From: Pristiophorus japonicus
Lineage: Eukaryota
Length of the DNA stretch: 64,000 nt
NCBI RefSeq assembly: GCF_044704955.1
Contig: NC_091995.1
Coordinates: 49,724,001-49,788,000, forward strand
Reading direction: 5' to 3'
A program made the position numbers and the translations under genes. The notes beneath the pieces are model-generated. The model saw nothing but the letters and a program-made list of their open reading frames with translations. It was not told the DNA's origin and searched no databases. Shown here one piece after another: positions 49,508 to 60,400 of this stretch; within the stretch, counting starts at the first letter, position 1, and each line of letters opens with the position of its first letter.

Positions 49508-49752
49508 GCTTTCACTTTCCGGTTAATGTTCCAACCTTCTTCAGTTCATCCGACCTGACAACTGATGATGCAACTCGCAGTATTTCTCTGATTGGCTAAC
49601 TCACAATCTTTGGAAAGTTTATTTTGACACCAACATAAAAACTTGGGGACACTTCTACCCGGAGCCTGCTGACTCACAACCTGTTTTTATTCTGATTGGT
49701 TCGAGCGGACATTTGTGTCCAAATATTACGGAGGAGTCTGAGTTTAATATAA
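49508..49752 (+). promoter_or_regulatory. MHC class I promoter: ISRE, S, X1, X2, Y, second CCAAT, TATA-like element
   Basis: TTTCACTTTC 49510-49519; CAACCT 49532-49537; CCTGACAACTGA from 49554; TGATGCAA 49566; CTGATTGGCT 49588-49597; CTGATTGGT 49692; TTTAATATAA 49743. Confidence 0.8.
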
Positions 49753-49769
49753 TCAGCACTGGACAAAGG

Positions 49770-50015
49770 CTCGGTGTCAGCACAAGGCACAGAGGGACCG
49801 TCCAGGAGGATCAGTGTCAACACAGGACACACAGGGACCGTCCAGGAGACTCAGTGTAAGCACAGGACACACAGGGACCGTCCAGGAGGCTCAGTATCAG
49901 CAAAGGACACAGAGGGACCGTCCAGGAGGCTCAGTGTCAGCACAGGACACACAGGGGGACCGTCCAGGAGGCTCAGTGTCAGCACAGGACACACCGGGAC
50001 CGTCCAGGATCAGCA
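49770..50015. repeat. ~40-bp VNTR between promoter and ATG
   Basis: Unit cacaggacacacagggaccgtccaggaggctcagtgtcag, about six copies. Confidence 0.9.
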
Positions 50016-50130
50016 CTGGGTTAAGGAATCACACGGTCTGAATTGGGCACAGCTCACGGATTTAGATAAACAGACCCTTGGAAAAGGATTGCACACAAAC
50101 TGCTCTCCCAGCCTGTCGAGGGAAGCAACA

Positions 50131-50179
50131 ATGATCGGACTGATCGTGCTGGCCCTTCTGTGTGGAGGAGTCTCTACAG
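50131..50179 (+). CDS. MHC class I alpha chain exon 1 (signal peptide)
   Basis: acaATG, MIGLIVLALLCGGVST, phase-1 donor G|gtaagt. Confidence 0.9.
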
Positions 50180-50189
50180 GTAAGTAATG

Positions 50190-50448
50190 GTGTGTGAGAG
50201 GCTCAGTGAGAGCTGGGTACTGGGGCATTAACCCTGGGGTAATAGGGTGTGAGAGGGTCAGTGAGAGCTGGGTACTGGGGCATTAACCCTGGGGTAATGG
50301 GGTGCGAGAGGGTCAGTACTAGGCTGGGTACTGGGGCATTAACCCTGGGGTAATAGGATGTGAGAGGGTCAGTACCAGGCTGGGTACTGGGGCATTAACC
50401 CTGGGGTAATGGGGTGTGAGAGGGTCAGTATCAGGCTGGGTACTGGGG
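50190..50448. repeat. 55-bp minisatellite in intron 1
   Basis: Unit agctgggtactggggcattaaccctggggtaatagggtgtgagagggtcagtgag. Confidence 0.9.
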
Positions 50449-50509
50449 CTGGAGAGAGAGAGAGACCATGGCGGGGACAGAAGCAGGGGCAGTGGACTAG
50501 AGAGTGGAG

Positions 50510-52040
50510 AGCGCGGACCACAGGAGAAGGGTATTCAGCCCCTCCCACCTGTTCCACCATTCAATTAGATCATTGTTCATTTGTAACTTAACTCCATTTC
50601 CCTGCCTTTGCTCCATATCCAAGATACCCTTGGGGAACAAAAAAACATTAATTTAATTTCAGTTTTGAAGGCTCCAATTGAGCCTCAGCGTCCACAGCGT
50701 TTTGGGGCTAGAGAGTTCCAGATTTCCACTGCGCCTTGTGACTCAAAGTGCTTCCTGATTTCGATCCTGAACCTGAACGGTCTAGCTCTAATTTTAACAT
50801 TCTGTCTCTTCCTTCTTGAATCAAGCACCAGAGGCACTAGTTTCTCCATATTGACCATCAAATCCTTCTAACATTTTAAACACCTCAATTAGATCGCCAT
50901 TCAATATTCTATACCCAAGGGAATACAAGCCTAATTTATCAGTGATTATATGCATGAACGTTTGTGTCCTTCTGCACATGCCCGCTGTCACCGAGGTCCG
51001 TCCACGCGAGCGCAATACTCCACAGTTACGGTTGCAGTGTAGTATGGGCCATGCTTTGTTCAGCTCCGTAGGACTAGGCCCGTCACGAGATCCATGCTGG
51101 CCGGAGGGGAGGGAGAATGGGGTTGGGGCGGGGGCGGGAGAGGGAATCAGACTCAGGAAAGAGGGGGAATTGGGGGGAGGGGGCAGAGAGAGGAAATCGG
51201 GAGGAGCGGGAGGGGGACTGAGAGGGAATCGGGGAGAAAGGGTGGGACGGTGGAGAGAGGGGGGGGAAGAGAGCGAGAGGGGTGAGAAAGAGGGAGGGGG
51301 GAATCGGGGGGAGAAAGGAGGATAGAGGGAATCAGTGGGAGGGGGAGAGGGAATTGGTGGGAGAAGGAATCGGGAGAAGAGCGGGAAACGGAGGGAATTA
51401 GGGGGAGAGAGGGGGGAAATCGGAGAGACGCGAAAGGAAGTCAGGAACTCGGGACGGGGATAAAAAGCATGGAGAGCACAGTAGGGATGGTGGAAGAATG
51501 TAATCCAGGTCGAAAGGGGGGGGGAGGGAGAGTTCAGAGCGAGAATGTGATCCAGATGGTAAGACAGATCACGTTCTTCCAAACCCACCCTTGGTATCAT
51601 TCTGCTGAATCTGCACTGCACACCCTCCAAGGCCAGTATATCTTTCCTGAGGTGCAGCGCTCAGAACTGAATGCAGTACTCTGGATGGGGTCTAACTGGA
51701 GCTCTGTTCAGCTGCAACACAACTTTCTCCCCTTTGTATTGCTGCACTCGAGATAAAGGCCAACATTCCATTAGATTTTCCAAATCCTTATTGTTCTGGT
51801 CCACTGGCTTTAAATAATTTCTCCTCCACAGCTCCTAGTTTCCCACCATGTAGAACATATTCAGATTTATCTTTCTTGGCTCCAAAATTCATGAACTCTC
51901 ACTTGCCAACATTGAACTCCATTTGCCACATTTTTGTCCGCTCACTTACTCTGTCAATGTCCCTTTGGAACTTCCTGCCCCTCATCGACACAATTTACAC
52001 TGCCAACTAAATTAGTGTCATCAGCAAACTTAGATATACA
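50510..52040 (-). mobile_element. Old CR1 3' fragment in intron 1 with an internal purine-rich insertion (~50945-51560)
   Basis: Reverse complement gives MEGVQCRFSRMIP and KLGLYSLGYRILNGDLIEVFK. Confidence 0.7.
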
Positions 52041-52166
52041 ACCGTCTGGGGGTTAAACTCGGGAACACCCACCCATGATGATGTTTTGGGTTCATGCCCT
52101 GAAGTCTGATGTGTGGGGGGTTGATTCCAGGGTTCATGTCCTGATGTTTCTTTCTCTGTGTTTCAG

Positions 52167-52427
52167 GCTCTCACTCTCTCCGGTATTTCCTTACTTCCAT
52201 GACTCCGACTCCTGGTCTGCCGGAGTATGTGGGTGTTGGTTATGTGGACGACGTCCAGTTTCTTATGTATGACAGCGATCGGCAGAAGTTGATACCACGG
52301 GAGCAGTGGATGGTGGAGAGTGAGGGGCCAGAGTCCTGGAAGCGGAAATTACAACTCATATCAGAGCGTGAGGAGCTTCTGAAGGTCATTATTCAGATCC
52401 TCATGGCCCGGACCAACCAGTCGGGAG
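52167..52427 (+). CDS. MHC class I exon 2 (alpha1 domain)
   Basis: tttcag|; GSHSLRYF...GYVDDVQF..YDS..P..QWM...RTNQSG (N86 glycan site); G|gtgagt; 261 nt, open. Confidence 0.96.
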
Positions 52428-52802
52428 GTGAGTCCTCGCCCTCTCACCGTGGTCGCGATGTTTCCATCAGTTGAGGAATGGGGAGCAAGCCATGGAGTGG
52501 AGCGAGCTCTGAGAGCCAAGATCCCTGGGAAAAATAGTATCCACCTCTTAGACCAGGGGCGTCAACCAATTAGATCAGTCCTTTAAATACACAGATATAG
52601 AACAGGTGCCCTTTACATACACAGATCGGGAGCAGGGGATCCTTTAAATACACAGATAAGGAACCAGGCGGGGGAAGTGGTCCTTTAAATACCGTTGGCC
52701 TCCCAGGTGATGTATGACCAGCTGTGAGCTGAGGGAGGTGGTGTGGTGGGAGGGTCTCCCAGTCGGGCTGGGTCTGATTGGCTGTGTGTGTTTGATTGAC
52801 AG

Positions 52803-53075
52803 GAATTCACACGTACCAGGAGGTGACTAGCTGTGAACTGCAGGATGATGGGACCACGAGCGGGTCGCACCAGAAGGGCTGGGATGGGCGAGACTATATC
52901 AGTTTTGACAAGGATCACATGGTGTGGGTCACGCCAGTATCATGGGGAGAGAGCGTCAAAAATTGGAAGGACCAGCAAAGGGGCACCAACCAGCGGTGGA
53001 AGAGATTCCTGGAGCAGGAGTGTATCGAGTGGCTGAAGAAATACCTGCAGTACGGAGAGAGGTTACTGAGAGCAA
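52803..53075 (+). CDS. MHC class I exon 3 (alpha2 domain)
   Basis: gacag|; GIHTYQ..CEL..GWDGRDYISFDKD...ECIEWLKKYLQYG with both cysteines; A|gtgagt; 273 nt, open. Confidence 0.96.
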
Positions 53076-53079
53076 GTGA

Positions 53080-53765
53080 GTGAGGGGGGATAGATAGAGA
53101 GTGAGCGAGTGGGAGGGCAGACAGACAGAGAGTGAGCGAGTGAGGGGGGGGACAGAGAGTGAGCGAGTGAGGGGGGGGGGGGGGGACAGATAGAGAGTGA
53201 GCGAGTGAGGGGGGGGACAGACAGACAGTGAGCGAGTGGGGGGGGACAGACAGAGAGTGAGCGGGGGGGGAAACTGAGCGAGCGAGTGGGGGGGAACAGA
53301 CAGAGAGTGAGCGAGTGGGGGTGGGAACAGAGAGTGAGCGGGGGGGGAAACTGAGCGAGCGAGTGGGGGGGAACAGACAGAGAGCGAGCGAGTGGGGGGG
53401 TACAGACAGAGAGCGAGCGAGTGAGGGGGGTACAGACAGAGAGCGAGCGAGTGAGGGGGGTACAGACAGAGAGTGAGCGAGTGAGGGGGGTACAGACAGA
53501 GAGTGAGCGAGTGAGGGGGGTACAGACAGAGAGTGAGCGAGTGGGGGTGGGAACAGAGAGTGAGCGAGTGGGGGTGTGAACAGAGAGTGAGCGAGTGGGG
53601 GTGTGAACAGAGAGTGAGCGAGTGGGGGTGTGAACAGAGAGTGAGCGAGTGGGGGTGTGAACAGAGAGTGAGCGGGGGAACAGAGCGAGCGAGTGGGGGA
53701 ACAGAGTGAGCGAGCGAGTGGGGGCGGGGGGGACAGACAGAGAGTGAGCTAGTGGGGCGGGGGGC
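53080..53765. repeat. G-rich ~27-30-bp minisatellite in intron 3
   Basis: Core acagagagtgagcgagtg(g)n. Confidence 0.9.
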
Positions 53766-54345
53766 GGTGCTTTGGTCAGTCTGCTCATCTATCCCGCAGT
53801 CTGCACACTTGTCCACAAGTGTTGCAAGGACCTCAAATCTATTGGACAAGTGCAGGGACTGAGGCTCCTGCAATGCTACCGCCTGGATCCCCTTACCTGC
53901 TTCACTTGCAGTCACACCCTCCTGTCCCTGACCATGTGCCAATTCTAATGTATTTAATCTAGAGGGTGTGGCTACTTCCTGGAGAAAAAGGTCCAGGTAA
54001 CTTTCTCCCTCCTTGATGTTTCGCAATGTCTGCAGCTCAATCACCAGCTCCTCCACTCGGAGCTGAAGTTTGTCGAGCCGCAGACACTTATTGCAGATGC
54101 AGTCGCCCTGGACCAAAATGTCCAGAAGCTCCCATATATTCCAGCAGCAACACATTGCCTGTTTTCCCATTATATTACTTAATTAATGAGTTTAGCATTA
54201 ATCAATATTTACCGTATATAGTTTATTAAATTAGTTAAACAACTAAATATTAGTTTTTTAGTATTTAGTTATGTGCTGTATGTTCATTTAAAGAAAAACT
54301 TACCCCACAATCACTTACCTGCAATCCCTATGATGTCACACAGCA
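53766..54345 (-). mobile_element. CR1 5'UTR/ORF1 N-terminal fragment
   Basis: MGKQAMCCCWNIWE..CNKCLRL..LRVEEL..LSNRFEVL. Confidence 0.8.
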
Positions 54346-54974
54346 GAGTTCTCCTCACCCGGAGCCGGGCGATGTCCTAGGAGAGGCAAAAAAACAGATA
54401 AAAACCCAGGCCAATTGGGGAAAAAATCTGGGAAAATTCCTCTCCGACCCAACCAAGCGATCAAAACTAGTCCAGGATTTCATGCTGGTCATATGTTCTA
54501 CTCTGGCTTTTATTCCCACTCTCGGGCCTCGATCTGCTCCCGCTCAAGTACGCCGCCGCTCTGTAGAAAAAGTTAGGAAAAACAAGGCAAAGCAACACCT
54601 CCGGCCCCCACTTCACCGAACTGTCCCACTTACCAAACTCTTGTTTTTTCATTGAGCTGCTGCATTCCAAGCTACCAGCACCCTGCCCTCGGTTTGTAAA
54701 CAGTTTGTGCCTCAGATAAGTCAGCACTGGTCAGCTGTTCAAAGAGCCAGTTTTAACTAACTGGCTATTTAGCAGACTGCTGGAGAGCTAGCTACCTAGT
54801 TTGTCTCTACTTCAGCCTGCAAGAATCCTAAATATTTAACTGTTAATTTTACTTGGAGGCTACTGGCAATTGCCACCAACCTCCAAATCGTATAAAAGAG
54901 ATTTTAACTCTGAATCCTTAAGAGATTAGCCTTTAAGACTCACCTACTTACCAAACTCTGAACTGATGCACTGA

Positions 54975-56990
54975 GAGGGAGGGAGAGAGCAGGGAGGGTG
55001 CTGAGAGCAGGGGGGGTGCTGAGAGCAGGGGGGGTGCTGAGAGCAGGGGGGGGGGGGGGAATGAGAGCGGGGGGGGGGGGAGAATGAGAGCGGGGGGGGG
55101 GGAATGAGAGCGGGGGGGGGGGGGGAATGAGAGCGGGGGGGGGGGGGGAATGAGAGCGGGGGGGGGAATGAGAGCGGGGGGGGGGGGGGAATGAGAGCGG
55201 GGGGGGGGGGAATGAGAGCGGGGGGGGGGGGGGAATGAGAGCGGGGGGGGGGGGGGAATGAGAGCGGGGGGGGGGGGAATGAGAGCGGGGGGGGGGGGGA
55301 ATGAGAGCGGGGGGGGGGGGGAATGAGAGCGGGGGGGGGGGGGGAATGAGAGCGGGGGGGGGGGGGGGGAATGAGAGCGGGGGGGGGGGGGGGAATGAGA
55401 GCGGGGGGGGGGGGGGGAATGAGAGCGGGGGGGGGGGGAATGAGAGCGGGGGGGGGGGGGAATGAGAGCGGGGGGGGGGGGGGGAATGAGAGCGGGGGGG
55501 GGGGGGGAATGAGAGCGGGGGGGGGGGAATGAGAGCGGGGGGGGGGGGAATGAGAGCGGGGGGGGGGGGAATGAGAGCGGGGGGGGGGGGGAATGAGAGC
55601 GGGGGGGGGGGGGGAATGAGAGCGGGGGGGGGGGGGAATGAGAGCGGGGGGGGGGGGATGAGAGCGGGGGGGGGGGGGGATGAGAGCGGGGGGGGGGGGG
55701 GGGAATGAGAGCGGGGGGGGGGGGGGGGGAATGAGAGCGGGGGGGGGGGGGGGGAATGAGAGCGGGGGGGGGGGGGAATGAGAGCGGGGGGGGGGGGAAT
55801 GAGAGCGGGGGGGGGAATGAGAGCGGGGGGGGGGAATGAGAGCAGTGGGGGGGGGGGAATGAGAGCAGTGGGGGGGGGGGAATGAGAGCAGTGGGGGGGG
55901 GGAATGAGAGCAGTGGGGGGGGGGAATGAGAGCAGTGGGGGGGGGGGAATGAGAGCAGTGGGGGGGGGGGAATGAGAGCAGTGGGGGGGGGGGAATGAGA
56001 GCAGTGGGGGGGGGGGAATGAGAGCAGTGGGGGGGGGGGAATGAGAGCAGTGGGGGGGGGGGAATGAGAGCAGTGGGGGGGGGGGAATGAGAGCAGTGGG
56101 GGGGGGGGGGAAATGAGAGCAGTGGGGGGGGGGGGAATGAGAGCAGTGGGGGGGGGGGAATGAGAGCGGTGGGGGGGGGGAATGAGAGCGGTGGGGGGGG
56201 GGAATGAGAGCGGTGGGGGGGGGGAATGAGAGCGGTGGGGGGGGGGAATGAGAGCGGTGGGGGGGGGGAATGAGAGCGGTGGGGGGGGGGGAGAATGAGA
56301 GCAGGGGGGGGGGAATGAGAGCAGTGGGGGGGGGGGAATGAGAGCAGTGGGGGGGGGGGGAATGAGAGCAGTGGGGGGGGGGGGAATGAGAGCAGTGGGG
56401 GGGGGGGAATGAGAGCAGTGGGGGGGGGGGGAATGAGAGCAGTGGGGGGGGGGGGAATGAGAGCAGTGGGGGGGGGGGAATGAGAGCAGTGGGGGGGGGG
56501 GGGGAATGAGAGCAGTGGGGGGGGGGGGGAATGAGAGCAGTGGGGGGGGGGGGGAATGAGAGCAGTGGGGGGGGGGGGGGAATGAGAGCAGTGGGGGGGG
56601 GGGAATGAGAGCAGTGGGGGGGGGGGGGAATGAGAGCAGTGGGGGGGGGGGGGAATGAGAGCAGTGGGGGGGGGGGAATGAGAGCAGTGGGGGGGGGGGG
56701 AATGAGAGCAGTGGGGGGGGGGGGGAATGAGAGCAGTGGGGGGGGGAATGAGAGCAGTGGGGGGGGGGGAATGAGAGCAGTGGGGGGGGGGAATGAGAGC
56801 AGTGGGGGGGGGGAATGAGAGCAGTGGGGGGGGGGGAATGAGAGCAGTGGGGGGGGGGGAATGAGAGCGGTGGAGGGGGGAATGAGAGCGGTGGGGGGGG
56901 GAATGAGAGCGGGAGAAGGGGGAGGGGACTGAGAGCGGGAGAAGGGGGAGGGGACTGAGAGCGGGAGAAGGGGGAGGGAACTGAGAGCAG
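54975..56990. repeat. Poly-G minisatellite (GAATGAGAGC[AGT]Gn)
   Basis: Units of ~20-24 bp, each with a long G run. Confidence 0.97.
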
Positions 56991-57193
56991 ATGGAGGTGG
57001 TTGGGACTGAGAGCTCGGGGGGAGTTTTGAGAGCGGGCTGGGGGAGATTGAGAACGATTGGGGGGGGTGGTGCTCGGAGAGCTGGGAAGGCGAGGGGGGA
57101 GACTGAGGGCGGGCACTGGGCGTCGGCCTGTGTGGTTGGGGGTTTTTCTCTGTCGAAGTTCCTTTACTAACTCCCTTTCTCTCTCTCTCTCAG

Positions 57194-57457
57194 TTCCCCC
57201 CGCCGTGTTCTTTATCCGTCCAGGTGATGCTAAACGCCTGTCCTGTGTCGCCACCGGGTTTTACCCTCAAGCCATCGAGGTGACTCTGCGGAGAGAAGGG
57301 ATGTTCCTCGAGGAGACCGTGTCCAGTGGGATCCTACCCAACCACGACAGCCGCTACCAGATCAACAGATGGACGGAGTTTGACCCCGAGGACCAGGGCA
57401 GGTACTCCTGTGAGGTGGAGCACGGCGGGCTCGAGGAGAAAGTCATCGTGTTTTATG
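57194..57457 (+). CDS. MHC class I exon 4 (alpha3, Ig C1 domain)
   Basis: Polypyrimidine-cag|; LSCVATGFYP..ILPNHD..YQ..YSCEVEHGGL; G|gtaagt; 264 nt, open. Confidence 0.96.
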
Positions 57458-57479
57458 GTAAGTCTGAGAAAGGATCTGG

Positions 57480-60400
57480 GCTCACTGTGAGCACAGGGTC
57501 AGTGCTGAGCTGTGTGAGGGTCCAGTCTCACTGTGTGAGGGTCAGTACTGAGCTGTGTGAGGTCCAGTCTCACTGTGTGAGGGTCAGTACTGAGCTGTGT
57601 GAGGTCCAGTCTCACTGTGTGAGGGTCAGTACTGAGCTGTGTGAGGTCCAGTCTCTCTATGTGAGGGTCAGTGCTGAGCTGTGTGAGGGTCCAGTCTCAT
57701 GGTGAGCACAGGGTCAGTGCTGAGCTGTGTGAGGGTCCAGTCTCTCTGTGTGAGGGTCAGTGCTGAGCTGTGTGAGGGTCCAGTCTCTCTGTGTGAGGGT
57801 CCAGTCTCTCTGTGTGAGGGTCAGTACTGAGCTGTGTGAGGGTCCAGTCTCACTGTGAGGGTCAGTACTGAGCTGTGTGAGGTCCAGTCTCACTGTGTGA
57901 GGGTCAGTACTGAGCTGTGTGAGGTCCAGTCTCACTGTGTGAGGGTCAGTACTGAGCTGTGTGAGGGTCCAGTCTCTGTGTGAGGGTCAGTACTGAGTTG
58001 TGTGAGGGTCCAGTCTCACTGTGTCAGGGTCAGTGCTGAGCTGTGTGAGGGTCCAATCCCACTGTGAGCACAGGGACAGTACTGAGCTGTGTGAGGGTCC
58101 AATCTCACTGTGTGAGGGTCAGTACTGAGCTGTGTGAGGGTCCAGTCTCACTGTGTGAGGGTCAGTGCTGAGCTGTGTGAGGGTCCAGTCTCACTGTGAG
58201 GGTCAGTGCTGTGCTGTGTGAGGGGAAGTACTGAGCTGTGGGAGGGTCCAGTCTCACTGTGTGAGGGTCAGTGCTGTGCTGTGTGAGGGTCCAGTCTCAC
58301 TGTGAGCGTCAGTGCTGAGCTGTGTGACGGTCCAGCCTCACTGTGTGAGGGTCAGTGCTGAGCTGTGTGAGGGTCCAGTCTCACTGTGTGAGGGTCAGTA
58401 CTGAGCTGTGTGAGGGTCCAGTCTCACTGTGAGGGTCAGTACTGAGCTGTGTGAGGTCCAGTCTCACTGTGTGAGGGTCAGTACTGAGCTGTGTGAGGTC
58501 CAGTCTCACTGTGTGAGGGTCAGTACTGAGCTGTGTGAGGGTCCAGTCTCTGTGTGAGGGTCAGTACTGAGTTGTGTGAGGGTCCAGTCTCACTGTGAGG
58601 GTCAGTACTGAGCTGTGTGAGGTCCAGTCTCACTGTGTGAGGGTCAGTACTGAGCTGTGTGAGGTCCAGTCTCACTGTGTGAGGGTCAGTACTGAGCTGT
58701 GTGAGGGTCCAGTCTCTGTGTGAGGGTCAGTACTGAGTTGTGTGAGGGTCCAGTCTCACTGTGTCAGGGTCAGTGCTGAGCTGTGTGAGGGTCCAATCCC
58801 ACTGTGAGCACAGGGACAGTACTGAGCTGTGTGAGGGTCCAATCTCACTGTGTGAGGGTCAGTACTGAGCTGTGTGAGGGTCCAGTCTCACTGTGTGAGG
58901 GTCAGTGCTGAGCTGTGTGAGGGTCCAGTCTCACTGTGAGGGTCAGTGCTGTGCTGTGTGAGGGGAAGTACTGAGCTGTGGAAGGGTCCAGTCTCACTGT
59001 GTGAGGGTCAGTGCTGTGCTGTGTGAGGGTCCAGTCTCACTGTGAGCGTCAGTGCTGAGCTGTGTGACGGTCCAGCCTCACTGTGTGAGGGTCAGTGCTG
59101 AGCTGTGTGAGGGTCCAGTCTCACTGTGGGAGGGACAGTGCTGAGCTGTGTGAGGGTCCAGTCTCACTGTGTCAGGGTCAGTGCTGCACTGTGTGAGGGT
59201 CCAGTCTCGCTGTATGAGGGTCCAGTCTCACTGTGTGAGGGTCAGTGCTGAGGTGTGTGAGGGTCCACTCTCATGGTGAGCACAGGGTCAGTGCTGAGCT
59301 GTGTGAAGGTCCAGTCTCTCTGTGTGAGGGTCAGTGCTGAGCTGTGTGAGGGTCCAATCTCACTGAGCACAGGGTCAGTACTGAGCTGTGTGAGGGTCAG
59401 TGCTGTGCTGTGTGAGGGTCCAGTCTCATGGTGAGCACAGGGTCAGTGCTGAACTGTGTGAGGGTCCAGTCTCACCTGTGTGAGGTTCAGTGCTGAGCTG
59501 TGTGAAGGTCCAGTCTCACTGTGTGAGGGTCAGTAATGTGCTGTGTGAGGGTCCAGTCTCATGGTGAGCACTGGGTCAGTGCTGAGCTCTGTGAGAGTCC
59601 AGTCTCACTGTGTGAGGGTCCAGTCTCACTGTGTGAGGGTCCAGTCTCACTATGAGGGTTAGTGCTGAGCTGAGTAAGGGTCCAGTCTCACTGGGAGGGT
59701 CAGTGCTGAGGTGTGTGAGGGTCTAATCTCATGGTGAGCACAGGGTCAGTGCTGAGCTGTGTCAGGGTCGAGATTCACTGAGCACAGGGTCAGTGCTGAG
59801 CTGTGTGAGGGTGCAGTCTCTCTGTGTGAGGGTCAGTGCTGAGCTGTGTGAGTGTCCAGTCTCACTGTGAGAGAGTCAGTGCTGAGCTGTGTGAGGGTCC
59901 AGTCTCGCTGTATGAGGGTCCAGTCTCACTCTGTGAGGGTCCGTGCTGAGGTCTGTGAGGGTCCGTGCTGAGGTGTGTGAGGGTCTAATCTCTATGTGAG
60001 TGTCAGTGCTGAGCTGTGTGAGGGTCCACTCACATGGTGAGCACAGGGTCAGTGCTGAGCTGTGTAAGGGTCCAGTCTCTCTGTGTGAGGGTCAGTGCTG
60101 AGCTGTGTGAGGGTCCAATCTCACTTTTTGAGGGTAAGTGCTGAGCTGTGTGACGGTCCAGTCTCACTGTGTCAGGGTCAGTACTGAACTGTGTGAGAGT
60201 CCAATCTCACTGAGCACAGGATCAGTACTGAGTTGTGTGAGGGTCCAGTCTCACTGTGTGAGGGTCAGTGCTGTGCTGTGTGAGGGTCCAGTCTCACTGT
60301 GTGAGCATCAGTGCTGAGCTGTGTGACGGTCCAGCCTCACTGTGGGAGGGTCAGTGCTGAGCCGTGTGAGGTTCCAGTCTCTGTGTGAGGGTCAGTGCTG

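Noticed and set aside
52956-54170. 404-aa - strand ORF overlapping MHC exon 3
   Set aside because: It is a CR1 ORF1 fragment reading through a minisatellite, not a real antisense gene.
54948-57254. 768-aa poly-proline ORF on the - strand
   Set aside because: It is a translation of the poly-G minisatellite, antisense to an MHC intron.
57280-57300. Loss of the Ig C1 core Trp in alpha3 (VTLRR) as a sign of pseudogenisation
   Set aside because: As I recall, Leu at this position is common in shark class I, and both cysteines and the reading frame are intact.
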